DNA from: an uncultured Candidatus Saccharibacteria bacterium
Lineage (GTDB): Bacteria > Patescibacteriota > WWE3 > 2-01-FULL-39-13
NCBI GenBank assembly: GCA_965230915.1
Contig: OZ246395.1
Location: forward strand, 792,935 to 856,934
Length of the DNA: 64,000 nucleotides
Direction of reading: 5' to 3'
The notes under the pieces are model-generated. The model made no database searches and was not told the origin of the DNA. It saw only the letters and a program-made list of their open reading frames with translations. Positions within the stretch are counted from its first letter, which is position 1; every line of letters begins with the position of its first letter. The translations under genes and the position numbers were made by a program. Positions 20,290 through 29,963 of this stretch are shown in pieces.

Positions 20290-21594
20290 TTAGGACTTTA
20301 GCTTACCATTAATAGCAGTCATGGTATGTCGGCTATTGTGGCCAATTCCTTTGGCTTGAACCATCGATATTTTTTCGCCAGTAAAGGAGTCATTTGGCTG
20401 ATCTAAAGACATGGCTGTTGGGTAGCTATGTCCAGTTAAGCCAGGATTACTCCATACTGCAGACAGGGGTTGCGGATATTTTATAACAAGTTCACCTTCA
20501 CTCCAAGAGATTCCGTCAGCAGATTTAGAAGCGCAAACTCCTACGTTGGTTTGGAAGGTAGAAATAAACTCACCACGCTTAGTGTTGTAACTAATTCCCG
20601 GCAAGGCGGCATAACCTGCGCCAGGTATAGATGCGGGAGGAGTTATTACTGGCTGCAGATCTGGGGTTTCCCCGGGCTGCATAACTTTAAATCCATCTTT
20701 TGTGTAATGTTCTAATGCTCCAATCGTGTTTCCAATTAATGGCAACCTGGCCATGAAAATTTGATCAACAGTGTTAAATTTAGCTTTTGATTCTTGAGGA
20801 ATCCACTCGATGTAATAAAGCAAAATTTGTTCTTGGCCTGTATTTGAATCTTGAACTTTTATTGCGTGCGGCTGACCCGCTCCTGTAACTTCTCGACCTG
20901 GTTGTGAATGTTCACGTCCAGTAATTAATTGGCCCATCGGCTGGAATGTTTTTCCGTTTTGAGATTGGGCTAGACCAACTGAAGCAGTGAACCCAGCTCC
21001 GTTGCCAGGATTGATATGCTGCTCGTTGTGAGTAAAGCCAAGGTAGCCTCCATTAAACTCAACAACTGAAGTTACTGCACAATATCCGTTTCGATAAGTT
21101 TCGTTTGGATCTCTAGTAATTGCAGGTACAATTGCATTTTGTTCATTAGTTTCTGGTCTAAAACCTTTTTTTGAGTCCCATAGATATGGGAACGATCCTT
21201 GAATGCCAGACATAATTCCTGAAACAAACATGCGTTTTGTTTCGCCATCTTCTGCTGTTATAAATGGAACATGACCATCGGGGGTCCATTCCATTCCGGG
21301 CGTGGCTAGTGCGCGTTCACCGTGTTCAAATTCAAAAAAACTATTTTCGGGAAATTCCAATTCTGTTTCTTGTGCAAGAAATTGTTCGAAAGGTTGTTGT
21401 GGTTCAATCGCGACTTCGGCATCTTGCACAGCCGCTTCTGGTTGATTTTGAGATGACCCAAGCGTAGCTGCTGCCAACGTTGCAACAGCGGTTCTTCCGG
21501 CAAGTTTTAAGAAATCACGTCGTGAATAATTTGGCTCTGGATTTGGGTTTATGGTGTTTATCTGATTATTTTCGTTTTCGTTAGGTTCAACCAT
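20290..21594 (-). CDS. Twin-arginine-signal protein, probable beta-propeller glycoside hydrolase-like fold
   Basis: SRRDFLK + hydrophobic stretch; Asp-box-like SQNGKTF and SADGISW; paralog of next gene. Confidence 0.6.
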   Translation of the reverse strand: MVEPNENENNQINTINPNPEPNYSRRDFLKLAGRTAVATLAAATLGSSQNQPEAAVQDAEVAIEPQQPFEQFLAQETELEFPENSFFEFEHGERALATPGMEWTPDGHVPFITAEDGETKRMFVSGIMSGIQGSFPYLWDSKKGFRPETNEQNAIVPAITRDPNETYRNGYCAVTSVVEFNGGYLGFTHNEQHINPGNGAGFTASVGLAQSQNGKTFQPMGQLITGREHSQPGREVTGAGQPHAIKVQDSNTGQEQILLYYIEWIPQESKAKFNTVDQIFMARLPLIGNTIGALEHYTKDGFKVMQPGETPDLQPVITPPASIPGAGYAALPGISYNTKRGEFISTFQTNVGVCASKSADGISWSEGELVIKYPQPLSAVWSNPGLTGHSYPTAMSLDQPNDSFTGEKISMVQAKGIGHNSRHTMTAINGKLKS

Positions 21595-21607
21595 CTTAAG
21601 AATTATA

Positions 21608-22870
21608 CTAGCCTTTTGTTTTTAGTTTTAGAGCAACCATAGAATGTTGTCTGGCTTGGCCTATTCCGCGAGCCATAAGCATTGTTAAATTTTCACCGGT
21701 AAAATTATCATTAACCTTTGAAAAATCTACTAACGAAGGGTAGCTATAACTTGAGTTCGCAGGGTTTTGCCATACTTCTGAAAGTGGAACTGGATATTTG
21801 ATAATAAGTTCAGCTGAACTCCAATCAAGACCATTTTCAGATTCCGTAGCACAAACTCCAAGATCTGTTTCAAATATAGCTAAAAGTTTTTGACGTTTAG
21901 TGTTGAATGTAACTCCAGCTAAAGCTGAATAATTTGCATTCGCAAGATTTCTTGGATAAATTAAGACCGGCTTAAGATTAGGCATGGCTTTCGCATTTAT
22001 TGTGTTTTTAAATCCACTTTGTGTCCAGCTTTCAACTGCACCTAGTCCATTATTTTGTAATTCTAATTTCGTTAAGTAAATTTCATTTGGAGTAAATTGA
22101 TCTCTCGGGAGCCATTCAGTGTAATAAATATATGCATAGTTTTTGCCAGTATTACGATCTGTAACTTTAATTGCACAAGGCTGACCTGCCCCAGTAACCT
22201 GTCCACCTGGGTAAAGAGTTCGTCTACCTAAAATAGGTGACCCAGCTGCGCGCTCAAATGTTAAACCTCCATCTTTTGAAACGACAATACCAACCGATGC
22301 CCGAAAACCTGCGCCATTTTGAGAAGCCACCCATTCTTCGTCATGAGTAAATCCGAGCAAACCATAATTAGTTTTAATAACTGAAGTTAGCCCCGAATAT
22401 CCATTTCGATAATATTGAGTGTAATCTGATTGATTTCTAGACACACTTGGAGCAAAGCCATTCGGTCCGATATATCTATTAAGACCTTCTGATGGCGACC
22501 AAGTATATGGATAAGAACCTTGAACTCCATTAACAATTCCGGAAACCCACATTAATTTTGAGCCATCGCTTTGTGTAATAAATGGAATTCGCCCATCTGG
22601 GTACCATCCCATTTGTGGCAAATCGACACGGTATTCGGTTTGTTCAAAATCAAAGTAGCTGTTTTCTTGAAATTCTAATTGGGTTTCTTGTTGGGGATAA
22701 AGCTCAAATGGAAATTGAGTTATTTCTTCTTCGTATGACTGTTGCTTATCTAAACCAAATGGAGCAATTAAAGCTGCCCTATGGGACTGATCGGTTAAAG
22801 CTCGAAATGTGTGGCCTAGAAATTCTCGTCTTGATAATTTTATTTCGTTTAAATCGGGTAGTTCTTCCAT
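21608..22870 (-). CDS. Twin-arginine-motif paralog, probable beta-propeller glycoside hydrolase-like fold
   Basis: SRREFLG; SKDGGLTF, SENGLDW; collinear similarity to 20290..21594 (YRNGY, GFTH.E, TGAGQP, SYP). Confidence 0.6.
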   Translation of the reverse strand: MEELPDLNEIKLSRREFLGHTFRALTDQSHRAALIAPFGLDKQQSYEEEITQFPFELYPQQETQLEFQENSYFDFEQTEYRVDLPQMGWYPDGRIPFITQSDGSKLMWVSGIVNGVQGSYPYTWSPSEGLNRYIGPNGFAPSVSRNQSDYTQYYRNGYSGLTSVIKTNYGLLGFTHDEEWVASQNGAGFRASVGIVVSKDGGLTFERAAGSPILGRRTLYPGGQVTGAGQPCAIKVTDRNTGKNYAYIYYTEWLPRDQFTPNEIYLTKLELQNNGLGAVESWTQSGFKNTINAKAMPNLKPVLIYPRNLANANYSALAGVTFNTKRQKLLAIFETDLGVCATESENGLDWSSAELIIKYPVPLSEVWQNPANSSYSYPSLVDFSKVNDNFTGENLTMLMARGIGQARQHSMVALKLKTKG

Positions 22871-22946
22871 ATTTATGGTTTAGCAGGGTTTTATTTAGAA
22901 TTCTAATTTTAAGGTTTCGATTATTTTTGAAATCCAAATCTTAAAG

Positions 22947-23040
22947 ATAGAATGCCCGGGCGGAGAAAGTTGAAAAAGTTTTGATATGCTAAAAAACGCA
23001 TGTCTAGTTTTTCCAAAATTCTCGCCCGGACGGCATCTAT
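22947..23040 (-). terminator. About 94-nt imperfect 3' hairpin of GC-rich unit
   Basis: ATAGAATGCCCGGGCG-GAGAA...TTCTCGCCCGGACGGCATCTAT. Confidence 0.65.
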
Positions 23041-23052
23041 GGTTGTACTACG

Positions 23053-23730
23053 TTATGGGTGAGGGATGACGACTATCGTCGAGATCACTTGGACGGATCC
23101 GTCTTGCAACGCAACCGTTGTCGTGATCGGGAAAGTCCCACCCTTCCAATCGAAATCGTGAGGCACGTAGCGATCGTTCGCCGCATAGTCAAACAAATAC
23201 GGATCTGATCCATCACCCCAATCAATCGAATGGCCTTGCAGAGCAACATCGTTCGTCTGAATGTGCAGGACAACCTGGTTATAGGTCGCACCAACAGTCG
23301 GCGTAACGGTGAAGCTGGGATACACTTCGTACGGCTCATCGACAACGATGTTAGATGTGCCGTTAGCGGTCATGGTGTAGTAGCGAACGCTGCCACAGCC
23401 CTTTTCACCCACACAACCGGTTGCCAACATCTTGTTGATCGCCGCCTTGATATTCGACTTCTGCAAGTCGTACGGAAGCCAGCTAAAGCCATAGGTTTTT
23501 TGACCAATGGTTGGCGCCGATGGGCAAGCAAGCACCTCGATAACCTGGCCCGTATTGGCGTCGTCATCTAGGGTCACAGTTTGAGCACCGTTCGCATAGG
23601 CACACGAAAGACTTACGTCTCCCGCGTAAAAATGCGAGGCGGTTTGCGCCTTGACGGGATAAGCCGAAAACAAGACTGCAACCAACGCAACGACTGCAAA
23701 ACCGAACTGCGAAATCAATTTGCGAAACAT
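23053..23730 (-). CDS. GC-rich secreted protein with C-terminal PKD-like domain
   Basis: Signal peptide ending VKA; IDWGDG...HDF; SD AAGAGAGGA. Confidence 0.8.
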   Translation of the reverse strand: MFRKLISQFGFAVVALVAVLFSAYPVKAQTASHFYAGDVSLSCAYANGAQTVTLDDDANTGQVIEVLACPSAPTIGQKTYGFSWLPYDLQKSNIKAAINKMLATGCVGEKGCGSVRYYTMTANGTSNIVVDEPYEVYPSFTVTPTVGATYNQVVLHIQTNDVALQGHSIDWGDGSDPYLFDYAANDRYVPHDFDWKGGTFPITTTVALQDGSVQVISTIVVIPHP

Positions 23731-23927
23731 TGTAGTAAATCCTCTCTTGAAATGGTTTTAGACAAAACAGTACTGCATAAAAACCTCCATATAATGAAGC
23801 TCTTAACGCAGACTGCTTTGACCCACTTAAAAAAGTATCCATAGATATTTAATGTGCGAATATCCAATGAACGATTTGCTCTTTGGATAGTTTAAATTTC
23901 CCTGATATACAGCGAAACTTGAACTAC

Positions 23928-24000
23928 TACCTCAGGATTGTTGTTTTTTCTTATGCTCGCGCATATGAGAAGCTTTAGGCTTCCAACAACCCTGAGGGTA
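23928..24000 (-). terminator. 73-nt 3' hairpin with GNRA-capped inner stem
   Basis: CCTCAGGATTGTTG...CAACAACCCTGAGG; sense strand reads TATGC-GCGA-GCATA. Confidence 0.7.
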
Positions 24001-24008
24001 AACCATAT

Positions 24009-25646
24009 TTAGTTGTTAACTACAGCCAAAGGCAGAAAGACGTAGTCTTTCGGCTGATTGGGCTTGAAATTCGGATCGACAACCTGCAGCATAACGCCGC
24101 ATTGCACGTCTCCTGCGGGAGATGTGATTGTGATGTTTGGCGCGTAAGCGGCCTTGCCAGTGTTCGTATCCCACGAGTAATCATGCGTGACGACTCCGTA
24201 ATCAATGCTGCCATTGATGGTCTCGATACGATACGGATCGCCCTGTCCGAAGTTGAGATAATGACTCACTTTCGAACCCTGCATAAGCTGATAGGCGTTG
24301 GCCCATTCGAGCTTGAACTGGAACCGATTAAACGGGTCACCTTCAAGGTGGCGGGCTTCCAACTTGCAAGTCGGCTCAGGCAACTCTTCGTCCATAACGA
24401 CTGCGACTTCACAATTGCGACCCGTGGTCTCGGCGACGATAAACAGCGTCGAGGTATAAACCTTGCCAGGTTCATACGGGTAGGTAAATGTGAAGCTACC
24501 TGTGCCACTGATGGCCGAGGTGATCGTGATGAACTTTGGATCGATCATGCTCTGACCGGAATACAGACTGTGATAATCGGCATCGGGCGAAGCGCCATCC
24601 CAAGAGTAGTCGAAGCGATACGTGACCGGGTCGATCTTTTGGGAAGTCATCGTGCATGTCGCGGGGCTTTCGGTGTCGACGCTTACGACAACCGACTCAT
24701 TCGATTCAACCGGATAAGGGCTGAACCAACTACGCGAAAACACTGTTACTGTTTGGACATCCTGCTTGTTAATACGGAAAGAGACATTGCGTGTTCCAGG
24801 CGTACAAGACAAACCTGTGACCGGCGCGCTCATCGGTTGGGGCTGGCACTCTGATGGATAATCGCTGAATGGCATTCCGCCTGCTGTTATCAGCATTGAG
24901 TTTGCGCCTTCAGGGGCCATCACGGTGACATTGACCAAATCCATGTAGCGGTAAGAACCGGCTTGAACCTGAATGACTGGCTTCGGCACTCGGCACTTTG
25001 GCGCGAGAATGTCTTGCGTCCAAACCACTGTGTTCGTTGAGTCCGAAATCGTTAAGGTGGTTGTTACTAACCCCGTCTCGATAAAATAGGCCTCAACATA
25101 GTTGCCAAACATATTCCCTTCTTCGGGTCCGTCCAACTGCCACTGAAAAATGCCTTGGTGGTTGCCCGCCAGGCCGTTGCAATTGGTGTTGACGAAAGCC
25201 GTATACACGCCAGTGTCGCGAATCTGATATTCCCAGTCCCATTGTGTGGAACTGTTCTGGATCGGATTCACGCCGACGTAAAACGGGGGCCGCACGTCGA
25301 TAGTCACGGGGAAGGTGTAATCCAATCCACCGAAATTATCGTAGTTTAGCCCAGCCTGATATAACGTAAGACCCGCGCCGTAAGCATAGCCGTGAGTAAA
25401 CTGCGGGCTGTCGCCATCGGTGTTCAGATACACGTCAAAAAAGGCTCCATCGCCGAACTCAAAGTTGTGGTATCCAGCTTCAGGAATGGGAGGACAATCC
25501 AATTCCCAACGGAAAACGTTGGGTTCTTGAATGACCTCTTGGTTGTTCACGCATTCGACCCCAGCGGCCTTAGCCGCAAACGGAATGCAAAAAGCGCCAA
25601 ACAAACCTGCTGCAAAAACCAACATCTTGATCAAATTGCGATACAT
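24009..25646 (-). CDS. GC-rich secreted multi-PKD-like protein with YVFLPLAVV tail
   Basis: Start reassigned to MYRNLIK after GTATGAAGAAAGAGAG; signal peptide ending AKA; FEFGDG and LNFGQG motifs. Confidence 0.8.
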   Translation of the reverse strand: MYRNLIKMLVFAAGLFGAFCIPFAAKAAGVECVNNQEVIQEPNVFRWELDCPPIPEAGYHNFEFGDGAFFDVYLNTDGDSPQFTHGYAYGAGLTLYQAGLNYDNFGGLDYTFPVTIDVRPPFYVGVNPIQNSSTQWDWEYQIRDTGVYTAFVNTNCNGLAGNHQGIFQWQLDGPEEGNMFGNYVEAYFIETGLVTTTLTISDSTNTVVWTQDILAPKCRVPKPVIQVQAGSYRYMDLVNVTVMAPEGANSMLITAGGMPFSDYPSECQPQPMSAPVTGLSCTPGTRNVSFRINKQDVQTVTVFSRSWFSPYPVESNESVVVSVDTESPATCTMTSQKIDPVTYRFDYSWDGASPDADYHSLYSGQSMIDPKFITITSAISGTGSFTFTYPYEPGKVYTSTLFIVAETTGRNCEVAVVMDEELPEPTCKLEARHLEGDPFNRFQFKLEWANAYQLMQGSKVSHYLNFGQGDPYRIETINGSIDYGVVTHDYSWDTNTGKAAYAPNITITSPAGDVQCGVMLQVVDPNFKPNQPKDYVFLPLAVVNN

Positions 25647-25875
25647 CAGAATCTCTCTTTCTTCATACATTGTTAACAAAATTGGCCGAGCTAAATCTTC
25701 AATATAAAGATCCAAGTCTTATTTCGACCAATTTTAAATATGGTGCATGTCAAAAACTGAACGCTAGTTTCTGCAAAAGAAAATTTGTTCTAGTTTTCGA
25801 TCATTATTTAAATGTTCTTTTCTATTCAACTTTTATAGATCACCTGATTGTTAACCTGTAAAAATTGAAAAGCTT

Positions 25876-25948
25876 GTCCGGTGGAGTTGATTGTGTTTGA
25901 TATGCTTGCGCATAAAAGTCGAAAATCGACCAATCAACCCCTCCGGAC
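25876..25948 (-). terminator. 73-nt 3' hairpin with GNRA-capped inner stem
   Basis: GTCCGGTGGAGTTGATTG...CAATCAACCCCTCCGGAC; sense strand TATGC-GCAA-GCATA; T-rich tail. Confidence 0.75.
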
Positions 25949-25961
25949 TGTGTGCATTTAG

Positions 25962-27185
25962 CTAGTTGCGCTTGAACGTTGCTCCATACGGGGCGTAAAT
26001 TAGCTGCCCTGTCGGAACTGCAACATTCAGGTCTCCACCATGGTGGAACTCGTTTTCGGTAAAGATCCCGTCGGCGCTGACATACAAGTCAGAATTCGAA
26101 AGAAGATTCTCATTCGTCTTGCATACCGTTCCGGCTGCCATGAACGGACCGCCAATGAAATCGGCACAGTTCAAAGGGTTCCCTTCGAAAGTGAAGATCA
26201 CGGCGGGGCCGGATTCTACCGCTGCTTGCGGAATGAACGTCTTTACCTTTGGCGCGGTTGGCGTCGCACTTGGTGTCGGCGTCGCGCTCGGGGCGGGAGT
26301 CTGCGTAGCAGGCTCATGCTCGATAACGAAGCTTGCACCATATGGCGCGTAAACCCAAACCGGACCTGAGAATTCTCCACCCTTCGAGTGAAATTCGTCT
26401 TCGAAGAAAATCTTGTCATCACTGACGTATACATCACTGTCAGTGCTGACTGTGACCCCTTCGGGAACGAAACAAACCTTACCAACCTCAAGCTGAGTCG
26501 AAACATACAAACGGCAATCGGAAGCGCCTTCCCCTTCGAACGTATAGATCGGAGTTGGCGTTGGCTCAACTGTGTTTGTAGGTTCAACCGTGCTGGTCGG
26601 TTCGACAGTCTGTGTGACGGTCGATGTCGGCTCGGGCGTCGTGCTCGGAGTAGCCGTAACAGTAACCGTTGCGGTCGCTGTCATTGTCGGAGACTCTGTC
26701 GGTACAGGCGTAGAACTCGGCGTCGGACTTTGTGTCGGGGTTTCTGTTACGGGAGGAATGTCAGTCGGTGTTACCGATGAAGTTGCTGTCGGCGTTGGCG
26801 TCGACTTGCGGTCATCAATAACAATCTGAAATGTATCCTCTAGAACAACATTCCCAGGCACCCAATCCAAACCAATGGTGTATGTAATTACCCCATTAGG
26901 CACGTAGGCGTATGCATGCTGAACGCTTGCATCACCTTCCGCATTGAATCGTAAATCCACCTTCTGACCGTCCCCAAAATATAACGTGCGGTAGTGGTCT
27001 TCTTCCTTTGTGGGGGTTGGGACCAAATTCGAACAATTAAAATTGAAGCGATACTGATTAGGTGGGACTTCCACCGGCTTTTGAACCTGACAGTCAGGGG
27101 TATTGTCCGCGGCGGATGCCGTGGCATAACCACCAAATACTGCAGATAAAACCAATGCGCTTGTAATCAAAGCCTTGCGTAACAT
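25962..27185 (-). CDS. GC-rich secreted protein: PKD-like domain, long PT linker, duplicated C-terminal module
   Basis: Signal peptide ending ASA; LYFGDG..HAY; two TFEG...YAPYGA repeats; SD GAAGGAGAG. Confidence 0.8.
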   Translation of the reverse strand: MLRKALITSALVLSAVFGGYATASAADNTPDCQVQKPVEVPPNQYRFNFNCSNLVPTPTKEEDHYRTLYFGDGQKVDLRFNAEGDASVQHAYAYVPNGVITYTIGLDWVPGNVVLEDTFQIVIDDRKSTPTPTATSSVTPTDIPPVTETPTQSPTPSSTPVPTESPTMTATATVTVTATPSTTPEPTSTVTQTVEPTSTVEPTNTVEPTPTPIYTFEGEGASDCRLYVSTQLEVGKVCFVPEGVTVSTDSDVYVSDDKIFFEDEFHSKGGEFSGPVWVYAPYGASFVIEHEPATQTPAPSATPTPSATPTAPKVKTFIPQAAVESGPAVIFTFEGNPLNCADFIGGPFMAAGTVCKTNENLLSNSDLYVSADGIFTENEFHHGGDLNVAVPTGQLIYAPYGATFKRN

Positions 27186-27687
27186 GATTTCTCTCCTTCA
27201 TACGATAGGCCCAAGTCGGGCATAATACATAGATAACAAAATTAGCCAAATAGAGCCTTCGCCCCGTGGACATTTGGGGATAAAAATCAAAGGCTCAACA
27301 TGGCTAACTTTGCCGTGGAGAGAATGTAGCTAAATGCACGTATGACGTGTACTTGGAAAAAGAAATCCCGCGAAGGGAAATGATTTCGCTGTACTTTCAT
27401 ACTATATTAAGGAACTCTATCTCGGGTTAATTCCTTTGATAGTTGAAGAGATTCCCATCCTGCCCAGTTGGAAATCTGCTTCAATCAGCAAACGAATCAA
27501 CGAATAGTTGAAGGGTTTCTCGTCCTGCCCAGTCGAGAAACCGCTTCAAGCATCCGTCGAACGAACTGCATATTATATATTAAAAAGGAGATTTTTGGCA
27601 GGAAACATTACTGCCTATAGTTAAAAGTTAGGCAAGTAAAGAGAGTGATTAACTCGGGATCCTGTCCATGTATCCCTTTCTTAATCT
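27186..27687 (-). ncRNA. About 500-nt structured 5' leader / ncRNA candidate
   Basis: At least 6 hairpins; two 45-nt repeats with compensatory stems and identical loop; no long ORF. Confidence 0.6.
27440..27549. repeat. Two 45-nt hairpin-forming direct repeats (27440-27484, 27505-27549)
   Basis: TAGTTGAAG-stem-TCCTGCCCAGT-stem-GCTTCAA in both copies. Confidence 0.85.
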
Positions 27688-27693
27688 GGCGAT

Positions 27694-27722
27694 ATTATAC
27701 AATTTTCAAACCCCAATGTCAA
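27694..27722 (-). promoter_or_regulatory. Consensus sigma70 promoter
   Basis: TTGACA-17-TATAAT on minus strand; CTATAG 3 nt upstream of -35. Confidence 0.85.
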
Positions 27723-27753
27723 TTGCTATAGGGTATTGGTAAGCCAAAAGAAA

Positions 27754-27814
27754 AGCCCGGGCTGTTTTTGATCTTTGAGATCTAGAAGCTTTTTGGCTTC
27801 AAACAGTCCGGGCT
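27754..27814 (-). terminator. 3' branched hairpin/terminator of GC-rich unit
   Basis: AGCCCGGGCTGTTT...AAACAGTCCGGGCT, then T-tract on minus strand. Confidence 0.75.
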
Positions 27815-27824
27815 AAAACATAAG

Positions 27825-28937
27825 CTAGTTGCGAGAAACTACTCTGGGAACCCACAATTCGAGCTTAGGCCTGTTGGCGGGATGATTCGGGTCAACAATG
27901 TCGACGATTGCCGTACAAACCTTTGGCCCGAAGTCGGAATCGGATGGAACCGTTAATCTCGCCGTATACTGCGCTTTACCGGTTTCTACGTCCCAGGCAT
28001 ATTCGTGCCAAAGCGGCCCGAAATCGATAGCACCTTTGGGGCCGACGTGAAGGTTTTGATCTTCTCCTCCATCGCCGTAGTTAATGGTCGCCATATCAGT
28101 CGCGGCAAACCACGTAACCTGAAATTCCCAATAATTAAATGGAGCGCCTTCTGGATGCCGCGCTTCGAGTGTGCATTCAGGTTCATCACCAGGCTGCCCA
28201 CCCCACGACGGGTCAAGAACGGTAATCTGCTTTTGGCAAATTGCTGGGTCCTGCCCTTGCCGCCCAGGAACCACAACCGTTGCGGTATATACCGAATACC
28301 CACGGAAAACATCCCACGGATAATCGTGGTAGTACTCGCCCCATTCATAATCCGCATTTGGATAACGGATTCCCTCTGCCAGATTCGGACCAGGAGTGTC
28401 ATCTCCCAAATCAAGAAATGGGACACTCCCGTAGGCATTTGTCCAACCAATCTTAAAATCAAAGTGGTTGAACTTATCGCCCTCTCGAACTTCAAATTTG
28501 CAAGTTGGCTCACCGAACGACTTCTGGGTAGTGACTATGGCCTGGCAGGTCGCCGTTTCATTCTCGCCGTACACATACATAGTCGCCGTATAAAGCGTGT
28601 TTGTGATGTACGGGTACGTGTAAGTTACGACGCCGTTCCCAGAGACCCCTGGAACCTCGTACCACGGATAGTAGTCATAAGGGTTTCCAAAGTCGATCGA
28701 GTTGTTATTGTCGGCTTTACCCCCGCTCCACGTATAGGTAAACTGGAAGCGAAAATCCTGAACATCCTTAGCGACAAGCGTGCACTTCGTTTCACTCGCC
28801 CCTGTTGATTGGGCCGCAACATCGGGCTTTTGCACACTAGCATGACTCGGGACTTGGACACAGGCAACAAGCAAAAACAGATAGCCGATTGCTGTAAACA
28901 TGCTGAACAAAAATAACCTAGCAGCACGTCTCTTCAT
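27825..28937 (-). CDS. GC-rich exported protein (possible lipoprotein) with three PKD-like repeats and LWVPRVVSRN tail
   Basis: LLVAC lipobox-like; IDFGN/LDLGD/INYGDG; paralogous to 24009..25646; SD GAAAGAGAGGA. Confidence 0.8.
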   Translation of the reverse strand: MKRRAARLFLFSMFTAIGYLFLLVACVQVPSHASVQKPDVAAQSTGASETKCTLVAKDVQDFRFQFTYTWSGGKADNNNSIDFGNPYDYYPWYEVPGVSGNGVVTYTYPYITNTLYTATMYVYGENETATCQAIVTTQKSFGEPTCKFEVREGDKFNHFDFKIGWTNAYGSVPFLDLGDDTPGPNLAEGIRYPNADYEWGEYYHDYPWDVFRGYSVYTATVVVPGRQGQDPAICQKQITVLDPSWGGQPGDEPECTLEARHPEGAPFNYWEFQVTWFAATDMATINYGDGGEDQNLHVGPKGAIDFGPLWHEYAWDVETGKAQYTARLTVPSDSDFGPKVCTAIVDIVDPNHPANRPKLELWVPRVVSRN

Positions 28938-29201
28938 CGAAATCCTCTCTTTCTACGAGAAATTTAAGGGAAACAGTTATTTATTGATTTATTCAATGTA
29001 CAAGCATTTAGCTTATAAGCGCATATCATATATCAACCTATAGAAATAATCTATATTTTTATAGGATATCTAAGTTATTTTCTTTAATCTTTTTATAGAT
29101 CATATCGCATTAAAGATCGCCCACTATCCCATAGCGTTGACGACTACCCGGTTGAGTTGTAAAATAGTAATAATTATTTTTCCTGCTCAGAAACTAAAAA
29201 T

Positions 29202-29963
29202 ATGCAACTTTCTAACATTCTAAAAGTAGGTGCCATAGTAATAAGTGGAATCGCTCTAGCCTTTTTGGCAGGATATGTTATTTTCTCTTATTTCAATAGA
29301 GACGCAGGAATTCAACAAAGCACAACCGTAGCTAATACTCCAGTTAATGTAGAAAGCGATAGTGAAGGCATTTCAGACCAACAAGGCGAAGTTGCAGGAG
29401 TATCTACAGACGATACGAATGGCATAACCACAACTGGAAACACCAATCAGACAACATCTAAACCAGCAGTTTCTGACCCAGATGGAGACGGCATAACTCC
29501 CAGTACCACTGCACCAGCAGCGATTACAGTAACAGAAGAAGACCGCAGAATTTATAGAGACACACACAGAAACGATGAAATTACCTATGTTGAGGCCGAT
29601 GACGGTAACGACGACTCAGAAATAACTTTGAGCCCTACTCCAGAGGTAAATGAAGAAGACGATTACTTCGAATACGTATATACCTTCGAATTTAACAACG
29701 ACGCACAAGATAGATATGAAGATGGATTCACCTATTCTATCGACGGCCAAAGCTGTGATGATTCAGATTTCTTTACTAGCGATAAATACGATTTTAAAGG
29801 AAAAATCGAAGCTGACGATATAGACGATGAAGTTACTATCAAAGTAAGAATCAAAGACGAATATATTGATGATTCTAACGATTTCGAAGATTCATCGTAT
29901 AAATTTGATGGAAAAAACTACACTGTTAAAGGCGATATAAATGTGCCTCAGTGCGAGAATTAA
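29202..29963 (+). CDS. Acidic membrane-anchored surface protein
   Basis: N-terminal TM, T-rich linker, Asp/Glu-rich beta domain. Confidence 0.7.
   Translation: MQLSNILKVGAIVISGIALAFLAGYVIFSYFNRDAGIQQSTTVANTPVNVESDSEGISDQQGEVAGVSTDDTNGITTTGNTNQTTSKPAVSDPDGDGITPSTTAPAAITVTEEDRRIYRDTHRNDEITYVEADDGNDDSEITLSPTPEVNEEDDYFEYVYTFEFNNDAQDRYEDGFTYSIDGQSCDDSDFFTSDKYDFKGKIEADDIDDEVTIKVRIKDEYIDDSNDFEDSSYKFDGKNYTVKGDINVPQCEN

Noticed and set aside
18756-27339. IS/MITE terminal inverted repeats around the GC-rich genes
   Set aside because: Each pair has a different sequence, no target duplications or transposase were noticed, and where a promoter is identifiable the pair lies inside the predicted transcript.
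27440-27549. CRISPR array
   Set aside because: Only two imperfect 45-nt repeats with a 20-nt gap; no cas genes.
24102-28808. Long antisense ORFs (24102..24854, 28005..28808; likewise 1201..1851, 46996..47526)
   Set aside because: Shadow frames of real genes; no start signals or recognisable motifs.
18651-28937. Integron cassette array (genes each followed by a long imperfect palindrome)
   Set aside because: Hairpins lack RYYYAAC...GTTRRRY ends, most genes have their own promoters or leaders, and no integrase is in the window.
18772-28937. Single horizontally acquired island, prophage or chimeric assembly
   Set aside because: GC elevation is limited to individual ORFs; spacers are AT-rich with the same promoter style as core genes, and similar units recur at 30-53 kb. 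Read mapping is still needed to exclude chimerism formally.
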